Part shown: positions 1 through 8,449 of the stretch, piece by piece
Layout: every line of letters starts with the position of its first letter
Position numbering within the stretch: position 1 is the stretch's first letter
Notes under the pieces: model-generated
The model's input: the letters and a program-made list of their open reading frames with translations, nothing else
Told to the model about the DNA's origin: nothing
Database searches by the model: none
Made by a program: the position numbers and the translations under genes
Source: a virus
Lineage: Duplodnaviria; Heunggongvirae; Uroviricota; Caudoviricetes
Length of the DNA stretch: 33,219 nt
Reading direction: 5' to 3' (one strand)
IMG/VR virus record: IMGVR_UViG_3300046533_000211
Span: 1 to 33,219 of that record

Positions 1-119
1 CACCACCCCCACACACCACCCCCATGCCCACCCCTGCCTGCCCTACCTAGCAGGCACCCACTCTGGCATTACCCCCATCACCACCCACCCATGGGCGCAC
101 ACACCCCCCCCTCGCATAC

Positions 120-310
120 CACAGGGCCGCGCATGCACACAGGGGCGCAGCTACCTCGGGGGTGGTCACACACAGCCACCCCATGCACAGGGCCGCTTGC
201 TCACACAGGGCCACTCACACACACAGGGCCGGTCACACACAGGGCCTGGCCCTCCCCAAGTGGACGCATGTCGCATGCTGGCCGAGGTAGGGCTGGTCCT
301 CCACAGGGTG
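120..310. repeat. Cluster of short direct repeats CACAGGGCC in a CA-rich non-coding region
   Basis: Exact copies at 120, 186, 204, 222, 238; variants at 138 and 302; the central copies are 16-18 nt apart; no credible ORF. Confidence 0.75.
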
Positions 311-411
311 CGCCACCTTGATCCACCTCTCCACGCCAACCATGCTGCACCACACGGCCATCACGGCGAGTCTGCCCACACACAGCCTGCGCTGTCCTTA
401 CGCTTGGCCCC

Positions 412-1377
412 ATGACCGCACCAGTGGGTAGCCCGCTCACGTTCTTCCCTGTCAGTGGGCACTGGTACGCCGCTGCTGACCCGGCCATATCCGGGCACAG
501 TAACCAGCCCGAGGTGCAGCCGATGAACGGGCTGGTGCTATTCACGCCCCGGCTGAAGGTCGGTCAGGTCATGTGGGTGGACGACTTCCTGGTCACGGCG
601 GCATATGACTCGCTGCAGACCATCACGATCATCAACAACCCGAACTCGGGGCTGTGGAAGGTCAATCTGCTGGGCACCTGGACCACCGATCTGCCCTGGA
701 ACATCTCGAATACGGCGCTCCAGACGGCCCTGCTGACGGCTGCGGGCGCAGCTGCGGGCGACCTCACCGTGGTCACCGGGCTGAACCCGCAGAGCTACGA
801 CGTGCAGTTCGCCAATGGCCTTGGTGGGCAAGACATTCCAGTGATGGTCGTAGACCCCGGCACCCTGATGAACGCCCTCGGGCAGACCTGCGCGGTGAGC
901 GTGGCCCCCACCGATCTGGGCACCCCTGAGATCGTGGCCAAGACCGCAATCGCGATTCCGCCGCTGCAGGCCCGGATCTGGTTCGGCGAGCTGAGCACCA
1001 TCGACTACGAGGACACCCCCGGCTTCCAGCTGGTCGCGAATACCGGCCATTTCGGCGAGGTGGACCAGGGGCCACCGTTCAACACCGACCCCGATCTGGG
1101 GCTGGAATATCAGGAGCTGATCTACGACGTGACGTTCAGTTCGGTGACGTACAACGGCAAGTCACGCGAGCTGGCCCCGTGGGCGTTCGTGGCCCCGCCC
1201 GACAACCGGGAGATCTGCCTGACCGATCCCGATCTGGCCCGGTATCCGTGGGTGCGCCCGCTGGATGATGTCTGGACACCGCCGTACACCGGCCCCACGC
1301 TGGTGGGCGGCACGAACTGGCGGGAGCGGGCAGCCGCTGAGCGTGACAGCATGCGACCGAAGCGGAGGACGGCATGA
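412..1377 (+). CDS. Phage structural / minor tail-type protein (321 aa)
   Basis: N-terminal ...VLFTPRL and C-terminal LVANT...LIYDVTFSSVTYN...PWAFVAP resemble a recalled mycobacteriophage minor tail family; internal beta-rich insert; starts a coupled + strand run. Confidence 0.6.
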   Translation: MTAPVGSPLTFFPVSGHWYAAADPAISGHSNQPEVQPMNGLVLFTPRLKVGQVMWVDDFLVTAAYDSLQTITIINNPNSGLWKVNLLGTWTTDLPWNISNTALQTALLTAAGAAAGDLTVVTGLNPQSYDVQFANGLGGQDIPVMVVDPGTLMNALGQTCAVSVAPTDLGTPEIVAKTAIAIPPLQARIWFGELSTIDYEDTPGFQLVANTGHFGEVDQGPPFNTDPDLGLEYQELIYDVTFSSVTYNGKSRELAPWAFVAPPDNREICLTDPDLARYPWVRPLDDVWTPPYTGPTLVGGTNWRERAAAERDSMRPKRRTA

Positions 1378-1601
1378 GCAGCATCGAGGTATCGCAGACC
1401 AAGCTGGACGCCGTGGTGCGCGAGTGCCCGGTGACCGAGAAGGAGATGGCCCTGGTCGAGGCCGAATGGCTGGGCCACCTGGAGGTGGCGGGCGTCGGGG
1501 CAGGCACCGACACGCCAGAGGGCCGGATGAGGGTGACGTTCTCCGACGAGAGCGAGCTGCTGATGAGCAAGGCCCAGTTCGAGGCCATCAAGGCGCTGTG
1601 A
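1374..1601 (+). CDS. Hypothetical protein (75 aa)
   Basis: ATGA overlap with upstream gene, TGATG overlap with downstream gene. Confidence 0.7.
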   Translation: MSSIEVSQTKLDAVVRECPVTEKEMALVEAEWLGHLEVAGVGAGTDTPEGRMRVTFSDESELLMSKAQFEAIKAL

Positions 1602-1987
1602 TGACCGCTGACGTGTACGAGGACACCCCTGAGTCGGCCCCGCCTGTCCACACGCCTGGGCAGCTGCTGTCAGCCGAGATCCGGCGCATCCGCTCCTCGC
1701 ACCAGTACCTGAGCGCAGTGGCCCGGTTCAGGAAGGAGTGCGCGTCACACCGCAACCAGGACGGGACCTACGGGGCGCATTGCTGGCTCGACGATCAGCC
1801 GATCGACTATCGGCTCAAGGGACCTCACCCGTTGTCGTTCAGCCTGGACCACGCCATCCCGCTCCGTGAGCGCGCTGACCTCATCCTCGATCCGGGCAAT
1901 TTCCGGCCTTCTCACCTGGACTGCAACTGTCGGCGCGGGACCGACGAGCCTGCCCTCGATCTGGGCGAACCCTCGGAGGTGTGGTGA
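1601..1987 (+). CDS. HNH endonuclease, phage packaging-associated type (128 aa)
   Basis: CWLDDQPIDY...SLDHAIP...GNFRPSHLDCNCRRG; start inferred from the TGATG overlap at 1601. Confidence 0.85.
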   Translation: MTADVYEDTPESAPPVHTPGQLLSAEIRRIRSSHQYLSAVARFRKECASHRNQDGTYGAHCWLDDQPIDYRLKGPHPLSFSLDHAIPLRERADLILDPGNFRPSHLDCNCRRGTDEPALDLGEPSEVW

Positions 1988-1988
1988 C

Positions 1989-2180
1989 ATGCTGACCGTG
2001 ACCATCCTGGGTCGGGAGATCATCGCGATCAAGTGGACGCAGAACAGGCCCGCAGAGGCCGTCGTTGCGGCTCCTGCCGACCCAGCCGCCAATGGCAGTG
2101 GGCTGGGTGGGACATTCGAGCGCGGGGCAGCAGCGGCCTCGCTGCCCAGGTTCGGGTTCAAGGTCTGGGGCGACGAATGA
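1989..2180 (+). CDS. Hypothetical protein (63 aa)
   Basis: ATG 1 nt after the HNH stop; ATGA overlap with next gene. Confidence 0.6.
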   Translation: MLTVTILGREIIAIKWTQNRPAEAVVAAPADPAANGSGLGGTFERGAAAASLPRFGFKVWGDE

Positions 2181-2650
2181 GGTGGGGACGGGTCGGTCAG
2201 GTTCACGCCAGTGCGCCCTACGTGATCGAGCCAGCCAGTGAGAACTACGGTGTGGTGCGCTACCGATTGACCGGCCCAGGCGGGCTGGATGAGCTGTCGC
2301 GCAGTGTCCACAGGCTCAAGGAGATGGCCGAGGCCCATCAGCGCCGCCTGGTGGCCGAGGCCCAGGAGCAGCGGCAGCGTAAGGCCGAGCAGCAGAAGCA
2401 GCTCACGGCCATGGAGCGCCACCTGGCCGAGGTCCGAGATCGTGCCGAGGGTGTCCTGACGAAGCCAGCGGAGTCACACCCGGACTGGACAGGGCTGACC
2501 CAGGCCGAAATCGAGGATCGCATCCGGCAGGAAGCGACCGAGCTGTTCGCCCAGCGGCAGCAGCAGGCCAGGCAGGCAGCAGATGACACCCCCCAGCGCC
2601 AGCGTGAGATCATCGCGCGGGCCGAAGCCGCCCTGGCGGACACGGAATAG
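2177..2650 (+). CDS. Hypothetical coiled-coil protein (157 aa)
   Basis: ATGA overlap; Q/E/R/A-rich helical C-terminal half. Confidence 0.65.
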   Translation: MRWGRVGQVHASAPYVIEPASENYGVVRYRLTGPGGLDELSRSVHRLKEMAEAHQRRLVAEAQEQRQRKAEQQKQLTAMERHLAEVRDRAEGVLTKPAESHPDWTGLTQAEIEDRIRQEATELFAQRQQQARQAADDTPQRQREIIARAEAALADTE

Positions 2651-2660
2651 GAGAAGCACG

Positions 2661-2948
2661 GTGGAGCTACGCAACGCATGGTTCAACGAGGATCAGTCCG
2701 AGCTGCGGGTCGACGGCCAGCTGCTGGGCCAGCCGGGTGACGACACCGATGTGGTCGAGCTGGCCACCATCGAGCTGGACGCCACGGTTGGCTCAGACGC
2801 CTTCGAGATCAACGACTCGGGTGACATGATCGCCACCGTGGGCGGGACCAACTACGCGGTCTTCCTGTGCCAGGTGAGACAGCCCGATGGCCGTCTTGAC
2901 GACAAGCTCGTTTTCATCGGCGTCCGTACCTCGGTCGCACCCGGATAG
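2661..2948 (+). CDS. Hypothetical acidic protein (95 aa)
   Basis: GTG start after an AGGAG SD. Confidence 0.65.
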   Translation: MELRNAWFNEDQSELRVDGQLLGQPGDDTDVVELATIELDATVGSDAFEINDSGDMIATVGGTNYAVFLCQVRQPDGRLDDKLVFIGVRTSVAPG

Positions 2949-2959
2949 GAAGGTTCAAC

Positions 2960-3130
2960 ATGGCAACCAAGGACGCAGTCGAGGCCCAGGCCAACACAGC
3001 CGCGACCCCGCTGACGACACCCTGCACGGTGCTCCAGCTGCGCCAGTGGCTGAAGGACGTGGACTCGATCCGACCGGGCACCAACACGGCCCAGGTGACA
3101 GCCAGCGCCAGCTCGATCAGCGTCGCGTGA
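2960..3130 (+). CDS. Hypothetical protein (56 aa, MATKDAVEAQ...)
   Basis: Manually translated; GGAAGG SD; GTGA overlap with the lysin gene. Confidence 0.6.
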   Translation: MATKDAVEAQANTAATPLTTPCTVLQLRQWLKDVDSIRPGTNTAQVTASASSISVA

Positions 3131-3567
3131 CGCGGTTCTACCCGCTCACCGACGGCGCACAGATCACCAGTCCATTCGGCCCCCGCAGTGGCGGGTTCCA
3201 CTCCGGGTGCGACTTCGGCTTCGAGGGCGGCTCAGCAGACAGGCCGGTGTACGCCTGCGCTGGTGGCACCGTGCAGTTCGCAGGAGCGGCGCAGGGCTAC
3301 GGCGGGCCTGACCCTGCAGGCTGGCTGGTGATCGACCACCCGGCCAGCCACGGTGGCGGGTGCACCGAGTACGGCCACATCGTCCGAGAGGTCAGCTCAG
3401 GTGATTGGGTCGAGGCAGGGCAGCGCATCGCCCATGTCAACCCGGATCAGGGCACGAATGGCGGCACCGCACCGCACCTGCATTTATCCGTCATGCCGAG
3501 TGGGTATGACTCCAGTGCCAAGATCGACCCGATTCCATGGCTCACAGGTGCGGAGGTCCCATCATGA
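3127..3567 (+). CDS. M23 family peptidase, single-domain endolysin (146 aa)
   Basis: HSGCD (HxxxD) and HLH (HxH) zinc motifs; TSPFGPR, GAAQGYGGPDPAGWLVID and EYGHI match the recalled N-terminal M23 domain of mycobacteriophage LysA. Confidence 0.9.
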   Translation: MTRFYPLTDGAQITSPFGPRSGGFHSGCDFGFEGGSADRPVYACAGGTVQFAGAAQGYGGPDPAGWLVIDHPASHGGGCTEYGHIVREVSSGDWVEAGQRIAHVNPDQGTNGGTAPHLHLSVMPSGYDSSAKIDPIPWLTGAEVPS

Positions 3568-3719
3568 TCATTCTCGGCTTGGTGCTGTTCCTGATCGGCC
3601 TGCTGACCGGCATCGGCATCCTGGAGACGATTGGCATCGTGCTGATGGTCGTCGGCATCATCCTGTTCGTCCTGGGCAGAACAGGCCGCTCAGTGGGCGG
3701 CAGGGCGCACTGGTACTGA
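3564..3719 (+). CDS. Small two-TM membrane protein, DUF6131-like (51 aa); holin candidate by position
   Basis: MIILGLVLFLIG...GRSVGGRAHWY matches the recalled actinobacterial DUF6131 pattern; ATGA overlap with lysin. Confidence 0.7.
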   Translation: MIILGLVLFLIGLLTGIGILETIGIVLMVVGIILFVLGRTGRSVGGRAHWY

Positions 3720-3726
3720 CGCAAGA

Positions 3727-3754
3727 CAGCCCCCCAGATCTCTCCGGGGGGCTG
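3727..3754. terminator. Hairpin terminator between convergent operons
   Basis: CAGCCCCCC/GGGGGGCTG 9-bp stem between the stops at 3719 (+) and 3769 (-). Confidence 0.75.
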
Positions 3755-3768
3755 CTCTGTGCAGGTGG

Positions 3769-4653
3769 TCAGAACCGCTCGTTGGCCTGCTTCCAGGCGA
3801 ACTTGGCTTCCTCGGCAGCACGCTCCTGCTCAGCCTCGCGCTTGGCGAACTCGTTCTTCCACTCAGCCCAGTCGCGGTTGGCCAGCTCGGCCTCGGCCTG
3901 ATTGTCATCAGCGATGTCCAGGTCACGCACCTGGACATAGGCCTGGGCCACAGGAGCGGGAGCAGCGGCCTTGCCCGCCTTGATGGCAGCCAGTTGCTCG
4001 GCCACCTGGGGATCGAGCGCGGCAGCCTTGCGGGCCGCCTTGTACTCATCGCCACCCAGGATGGCAGGGCCACACTTGGTGCCCAGCCCGATCTTCTTCG
4101 AAATCGGATCCTCCAGGCCACGTGAGCACTGCGCACACACCTGGGTGCGGATGCCGAACTCGGCGATCTGCTCAGGGGTCATCCGCATCTCGGCGGTCAG
4201 CTTGAAGATCATGCCCTTGGCCCACTCCCAGCCATGGGCGGTGACCATCTTGGCCACGAAGCGGCCCGGATTGCGCTTGGACTCGACCACGCGGTACACG
4301 GAACCATCCGTGAAGCGGTAGATGCCCTCAGTGGAAACACTGGGGGCCTCAGCCCTGGCCTGGGCCTGGGCAGGAGCACCACCCTTGCGGTTGGCGAAGG
4401 GCTGCTTGAACAGCCACGTGATCCACTTGCTGGCCTGGTCACCGGTCATACCGGCAGCGGTCATCTCAGCGATCTTGGCAACAACATCCTCGGCGATGAT
4501 CTTCTGGAGGTCACCAGAGACACAACGCTCGATGGTGGCCATCTGCTTAAGGCTGGCAGGCCTGGCCTGGCGGGCAGGGCGATCCTGGCCACCGTTGTAG
4601 CGGTTGGTGCGGGGGTAAGAGGTGCGGTAGCGGTCGGTGCGCTCGTAGCTCAT
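3769..4653 (-). CDS. DUF6011 domain protein (294 aa)
   Basis: CAQCSRGLEDPISKKIGLGTKC fits the CxxC...LxDxxS...GxGxxC zinc motif; AAGGAG SD; preceded by the cassette. Confidence 0.75.
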   Translation of the reverse strand: MSYERTDRYRTSYPRTNRYNGGQDRPARQARPASLKQMATIERCVSGDLQKIIAEDVVAKIAEMTAAGMTGDQASKWITWLFKQPFANRKGGAPAQAQARAEAPSVSTEGIYRFTDGSVYRVVESKRNPGRFVAKMVTAHGWEWAKGMIFKLTAEMRMTPEQIAEFGIRTQVCAQCSRGLEDPISKKIGLGTKCGPAILGGDEYKAARKAAALDPQVAEQLAAIKAGKAAAPAPVAQAYVQVRDLDIADDNQAEAELANRDWAEWKNEFAKREAEQERAAEEAKFAWKQANERF

Positions 4654-4676
4654 GGGAACTCCTTGGTTTCAGACCT

Positions 4677-4725
4677 GGCCTGGTGCCTGGTCGTGCCACC
4701 AATATAACACAGCGCACTAGCAATT
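4677..4725 (-). promoter_or_regulatory. Cassette 1: AATTGCTA-N11-TATATT plus GGCACCAGGCC hairpin
   Basis: Read on the minus strand; box 4718-4725, -10 4701-4706, hairpin core 4677-4687. Confidence 0.85.
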
Positions 4726-4754
4726 ATTCCTGTGGCGCTGGTCACAGGGCGGGA

Positions 4755-4931
4755 TCATGGCTTCGGGCCGACCTGGGCATACTCCTTCGCTATCCGCTGC
4801 AGCATGTCCACCACCCAGTCCATCTTCTGGTTCGTCTGCAAACGGATCGTGCCGTCCGGGTAGACCAGGACCGTCAGAACGGTGTCCTCGGTGTCGATGA
4901 CCTCGACCTTGCGGCCATCCAGGCTGGCCAC
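4755..4931 (-). CDS. Hypothetical protein (58 aa, VASLDGRKVEVID...)
   Basis: Manually translated; GGAG SD; start overlaps the upstream TAG. Confidence 0.55.
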   Translation of the reverse strand: MASLDGRKVEVIDTEDTVLTVLVYPDGTIRLQTNQKMDWVVDMLQRIAKEYAQVGPKP

Positions 4932-5179
4932 TACTTGCTCCTCAGCAGCTTGCGGGTCGCATCCAGCTCAGCGTCACACGCCGAACACTTGTATTCCACG
5001 ATGATCATCAGGCCACGGTCATCGCGCTTGGCCCGCACGTTCTTCTCTAGCCAGTCGAACGGATGCAAGCAGGGCATCTCCAGGGGCGGGGCCGGATTGC
5101 CAGGATCGGGGTTGCGCCGTTGCTCCATCATCTCCAGGAACTCGGCGTAGCTCATCCCCCGGTGGTACTCACGCGCCAT
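4931..5179 (-). CDS. Hypothetical protein with CxxC (82 aa)
   Basis: AGGAGG SD; MPCLH...YKCSAC. Confidence 0.6.
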   Translation of the reverse strand: MAREYHRGMSYAEFLEMMEQRRNPDPGNPAPPLEMPCLHPFDWLEKNVRAKRDDRGLMIIVEYKCSACDAELDATRKLLRSK

Positions 5180-5459
5180 GGTCACCGCCCTCCTTGCCGC
5201 CGCCATACCCTGCCTCGCGCAGGAAACGCTGAGCCGTCATCAGGGGATCGACCACCCCGGTGTAGGCACAGCACTTGGCACACCAGCCCATCTCGATGTC
5301 GTTGGGGTTGTACGAGGTCATCGAGCAGACCGGGCAGGTGATCGAGGGCGGGTCGGTGTAGCGGGGCGGCTTGCCCATCGGGCACCCGCTCTGGCGTCCA
5401 TCCCAGCACCACTCGCGCGGTGTGGGCTTCTGGCAACCAGGACACAGCTTGATGGTCAT
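5169..5459 (-). CDS. Cys-rich putative zinc-binding protein (96 aa)
   Basis: CPGC, CPVC and CAKC motifs; ATGA coupling. Confidence 0.65.
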   Translation of the reverse strand: MTIKLCPGCQKPTPREWCWDGRQSGCPMGKPPRYTDPPSITCPVCSMTSYNPNDIEMGWCAKCCAYTGVVDPLMTAQRFLREAGYGGGKEGGDHGA

Positions 5460-5614
5460 GCGCCCCCCGATGCCACCGAGGACCACTGGGCCAGTCCCGC
5501 AGCGAAGGCGCAGATGATCTGGCCCTGATGATCCCGGCTGATGTCCTCCCAGGCCACGTCCGCACGCTTCCCGTTGCGGAGCGACTCGTAGACGGCCTTC
5601 CCGGCAGCCCTCAT
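5456..5614 (-). CDS. Hypothetical protein (52 aa)
   Basis: ATGA overlaps at both ends. Confidence 0.55.
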   Translation of the reverse strand: MRAAGKAVYESLRNGKRADVAWEDISRDHQGQIICAFAAGLAQWSSVASGGA

Positions 5615-5745
5615 TCGGTCGCTGCCGAGTTCATCTTCCTGTCGAGCCATCCTCGAACTCCTTCCTCGTCATCGTGCGCTTGGCCCTCACGGATCTCGGC
5701 CCGCCAGCGTTCCCTGTCCTCTGCGGTCCAGCCGGTGAGCTTCAT
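5611..5745 (-). CDS. Hypothetical protein (44 aa)
   Basis: ATGA overlaps at both ends. Confidence 0.5.
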   Translation of the reverse strand: MKLTGWTAEDRERWRAEIREGQAHDDEEGVRGWLDRKMNSAATE

Positions 5746-6077
5746 TTCGGGCACCTCGTATGCGTGCGCGGTTTGCCGTTCATCAGGATCGTGAGCATCT
5801 TGCCGCAGCGTGGGCAGGGTGAGTGACCCCGGCGATGGGCGTGCTGCCAGGAACGCACATGGTCCACGTCGTAGCCGGTGGCCCCGCAGATCTTGCAACG
5901 GATCTTCCCGGTCCGCGACCCTGGCAGTGGCTCGAATACCTCCGATACCCAGTAGGCGTCACCACCGATCTCGACACAGGCCCACTGCTCGCCACAATCC
6001 AGGCAGGTCCACCGGTCGCCGTCCACGGCCTCACTCGGGGGTTCACACCAGCCCAGACCCAGCCTGCGGACGCTCAT
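5742..6077 (-). CDS. Multi-zinc-finger protein (111 aa)
   Basis: CLDC, CKIC, HxH and CPRC motifs; TGATG coupling. Confidence 0.65.
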   Translation of the reverse strand: MSVRRLGLGWCEPPSEAVDGDRWTCLDCGEQWACVEIGGDAYWVSEVFEPLPGSRTGKIRCKICGATGYDVDHVRSWQHAHRRGHSPCPRCGKMLTILMNGKPRTHTRCPK

Positions 6078-6376
6078 CAGCCACACCCCGGCAGGGCATC
6101 GCGCACAGCCTGCCCGGTCTGCCAGATGGACTGGCGTCCGTCGCCCTGGTGGAGCCGCTCAGCGATCTCCCCAGGTGACTCCCCGAGGGCGAGCTGGGTG
6201 CAGATGACCCCGTTGAGATCAGGCTGGTCGATGGAGCTGTCCACCCCACCGTTGCCGTACACGTCGGCGTGGGCCTGGCCCTGGCCCAGCGTGAAGCCGA
6301 GGGCGATCCCGCATGCCCAGATGACCATCAGCGTGAACCACAGCAGCCAGCCATGGACGGTGACTCGCTTCCTCAT
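6077..6376 (-). CDS. Secreted/membrane protein, DUF732-like (99 aa)
   Basis: N-terminal hydrophobic segment ending AHA-D; ICTQLALGESP...C pattern. Confidence 0.6.
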   Translation of the reverse strand: MRKRVTVHGWLLWFTLMVIWACGIALGFTLGQGQAHADVYGNGGVDSSIDQPDLNGVICTQLALGESPGEIAERLHQGDGRQSIWQTGQAVRDALPGCG

Positions 6377-6630
6377 GTGCCCTCCTTCGCGGCCCGTTTC
6401 ACAGCAGCCTGTTCCTCGAATATCTTCTGGCTCGGGCTGACAATCTCGCGCTGGGGCGCGGTGATGAAAGGCCGAGCGCTGATGCCGGGGTCGGCGTAGT
6501 AGGTGTGCTGGTGCTCCTCCAGCACCTCGACCCAACATGTCAGCCGTAGCAGGATCTGGAGCACCCGACTGGTGTCCGCGTTCGCCAACGCCTCGATGAT
6601 CTCCTCACGGATGGACTCGATCTCGCTCAC
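6373..6630 (-). CDS. Hypothetical protein (85 aa)
   Basis: GTGA and ATGA overlaps. Confidence 0.6.
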   Translation of the reverse strand: MSEIESIREEIIEALANADTSRVLQILLRLTCWVEVLEEHQHTYYADPGISARPFITAPQREIVSPSQKIFEEQAAVKRAAKEGT

Positions 6631-6995
6631 AGGTCCAGCACCCGATCTGCCGTCATGCGGACATTGACCGGCTTCGGGCCATCGAGGTCCAAGTAGGCCG
6701 TGCGGGCCGAGGCCAGCATCGCCAGCACTCCTGCATCGAGGGCCTTGGCCGGGATGGGCAGAGCGGCCAGGCGGCTCAGGATGTCCGTCAGGTGCTTGCA
6801 CTTGCGATGGTGAATCCAGCCTGGACATGAGCAGCACCACTGCCCATTGGCACGCCGCTGCGACACCAGGTAGAACGACGACGACGAGGTCGACTTCACG
6901 GTGAAGCGGTTGGTGTAGTCCCGGTTGTCGGGCTTAAGGCTGGAGCCGATCTGCTGAGCGATCAGCTCTACCTGTGCCCTGCTTTCGTGGGCCAT
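6627..6995 (-). CDS. SWIM zinc-finger protein (122 aa)
   Basis: YLVSQ...WCCSCPGWIHHRKCKH is CxC-xn-CxH; GAAGGAG SD; preceded by a hairpin. Confidence 0.8.
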   Translation of the reverse strand: MAHESRAQVELIAQQIGSSLKPDNRDYTNRFTVKSTSSSSFYLVSQRRANGQWCCSCPGWIHHRKCKHLTDILSRLAALPIPAKALDAGVLAMLASARTAYLDLDGPKPVNVRMTADRVLDL

Positions 6996-7018
6996 TCGTA
7001 CTCCTTCGGTTAGTGACC

Positions 7019-7029
7019 GGCCTGGTGCC
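7019..7029 (-). promoter_or_regulatory. Hairpin motif copy 2 (GGCACCAGGCC), no clear promoter
   Basis: Flanks GATC/GGTC extend the stem; SD follows. Confidence 0.75.
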
Positions 7030-7095
7030 GATCCTGGTCTGAATTGACCACCGGCACACAGGGACCGGGCGGGCGTCCCTGTGGCCGAGTTCCAC

Positions 7096-7437
7096 TCATC
7101 CCTTCGGATGCCACGTCCTGCCACCATCGTGGCTGTGGGTGCCTGCGGCGACCACCTTGCGGTCGACCTGCACTCCAGCGATCTGCTCAGCGCGCTGGAT
7201 GGCCATCCGGGTGGCGGCAGAACCCCTGATCCGCAGCGTCCGATAGATGCACGCATCCGTCATCCGCTTCCGGTCGTCATCGCTGATCCCGATGAAGGTG
7301 ATGGCACCCTGCGGGCCGACCTTCACCTGGACCTTGCGGGCCGCGATGAGCTTGTCCACAGCGGTCACCGCCTTCTTGACCTCCTCGACCCGCTGGGTCA
7401 GCGTCTGGTCGGGCATCCGCATCGTGTCGCATGGCAT
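7096..7437 (-). CDS. Conserved hypothetical protein of the AAA+ module (113 aa; MPCDT...HSHDGGRTWH)
   Basis: AGGAGG SD; MPC N-terminus, DAC and His-rich C-terminus suggest metal binding. Confidence 0.75.
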   Translation of the reverse strand: MPCDTMRMPDQTLTQRVEEVKKAVTAVDKLIAARKVQVKVGPQGAITFIGISDDDRKRMTDACIYRTLRIRGSAATRMAIQRAEQIAGVQVDRKVVAAGTHSHDGGRTWHPKG

Positions 7438-7439
7438 GA

Positions 7440-8420
7440 TCAGACCTCCTTCTCGTTCTCGATGTTCTGGATGGCTGCCTCAAGCTCGGCCACCACCACT
7501 GGGTTGTCGGCGTTCTTCTCGATGTCGGCCCTGATCTGTGCGATGGCCGCGCCGCTGTCGTCACCCATGCCGGGTGCCGTCTCTGTGATCTCATCCCAGC
7601 CTTCGGGCAGCGGCGCTGAGTCGTCCATCTCCAGCTCTGGCGTGGCAGGCCCGCCGTACTGGATGTTCTCGTACATCGACTCGGTCAAGTCCAGGCCCCG
7701 CACATCCACGTCAGGAGTGCCGATGGCGACCTCGTCCTCAATGTCCAGGAAGGACACGCGGGCCTTGTCGATCTGCTCGATGGCCACCTTGTCGATCTCG
7801 ATACCGACCTGCTCGCCTGCCTTCGCCATCTTGGTGGCAGAGGAGCGGGCCACCTTCACGGCTTCCTCCAGGCGCTCGCGCGCTGCGGGGGACAGCATCT
7901 CGCCGATCTGCTTGGCCTTGGCGGCAGCGTCACGGACCTGCTTGACATCCAGGTTCGCCAAGCCCTGTTGCATGTCCTCCATGAGGTCCCGCAGCTCGGC
8001 GCTGATGGCCCGAACAGCTTCCACGTCATCCTGGGCAATGCGCCCGAAGATCACGTTGACGGAGAGTCGCGTCAGCCGCGCCTGCTCGTTGAACCTCTGA
8101 GCCAGTGCACGGGCCTCAGCGATGGCAGCGATCAACTCGGGTGCCCGGTCCTCTGGGCAGAGCTGGCCGAACGCCGACTGGGCGCACACGGTCTTGATCA
8201 TCGAGCGGGCCTTGCTGCGGGTCTTGATGGCAGCCTCATGCTCCTCGGGGTCAATGATGATCCGGGTCGTCTCCCAGCGGGCCACTTCCTCGCCTGCCTC
8301 ATTGATGTGGGTGCCCTCGATCTCACGGGTCCCGTAGCTGATGTTCCCCTTCACGCTGGTGGTTACTGCCACCAGAAGGCCCGGACGGAGCGTCTGGATG
8401 GGGGTGGTGATGGTTGACAT
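7440..8420 (-). CDS. Alpha/beta plus coiled-coil protein of the AAA+ module (326 aa)
   Basis: Long open frame; GAGAGGA SD; has its own cassette; acidic tail. Confidence 0.8.
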   Translation of the reverse strand: MSTITTPIQTLRPGLLVAVTTSVKGNISYGTREIEGTHINEAGEEVARWETTRIIIDPEEHEAAIKTRSKARSMIKTVCAQSAFGQLCPEDRAPELIAAIAEARALAQRFNEQARLTRLSVNVIFGRIAQDDVEAVRAISAELRDLMEDMQQGLANLDVKQVRDAAAKAKQIGEMLSPAARERLEEAVKVARSSATKMAKAGEQVGIEIDKVAIEQIDKARVSFLDIEDEVAIGTPDVDVRGLDLTESMYENIQYGGPATPELEMDDSAPLPEGWDEITETAPGMGDDSGAAIAQIRADIEKNADNPVVVAELEAAIQNIENEKEV

Positions 8421-8449
8421 GATCTGGTGCTTTCCTCTCGGTTGTGACC

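Noticed and set aside
120-310. CRISPR array
   Set aside because: Repeats are only 9 nt with 7-9 nt low-complexity gaps, and no cas genes are visible
1265-1600. N-terminal extension of the HNH ORF to 240 aa
   Set aside because: It overlaps two real upstream genes; the TGATG junction at 1601 gives the natural start
7081-8100. 339-aa + strand ORF, and similar long ORFs such as 8880-9494 +, 1745-2422 - and 21116-22027 - (full length)
   Set aside because: Shadow frames of well-supported genes in GC-rich DNA; no SD or motifs, low-complexity Ser/Arg/Ala translations
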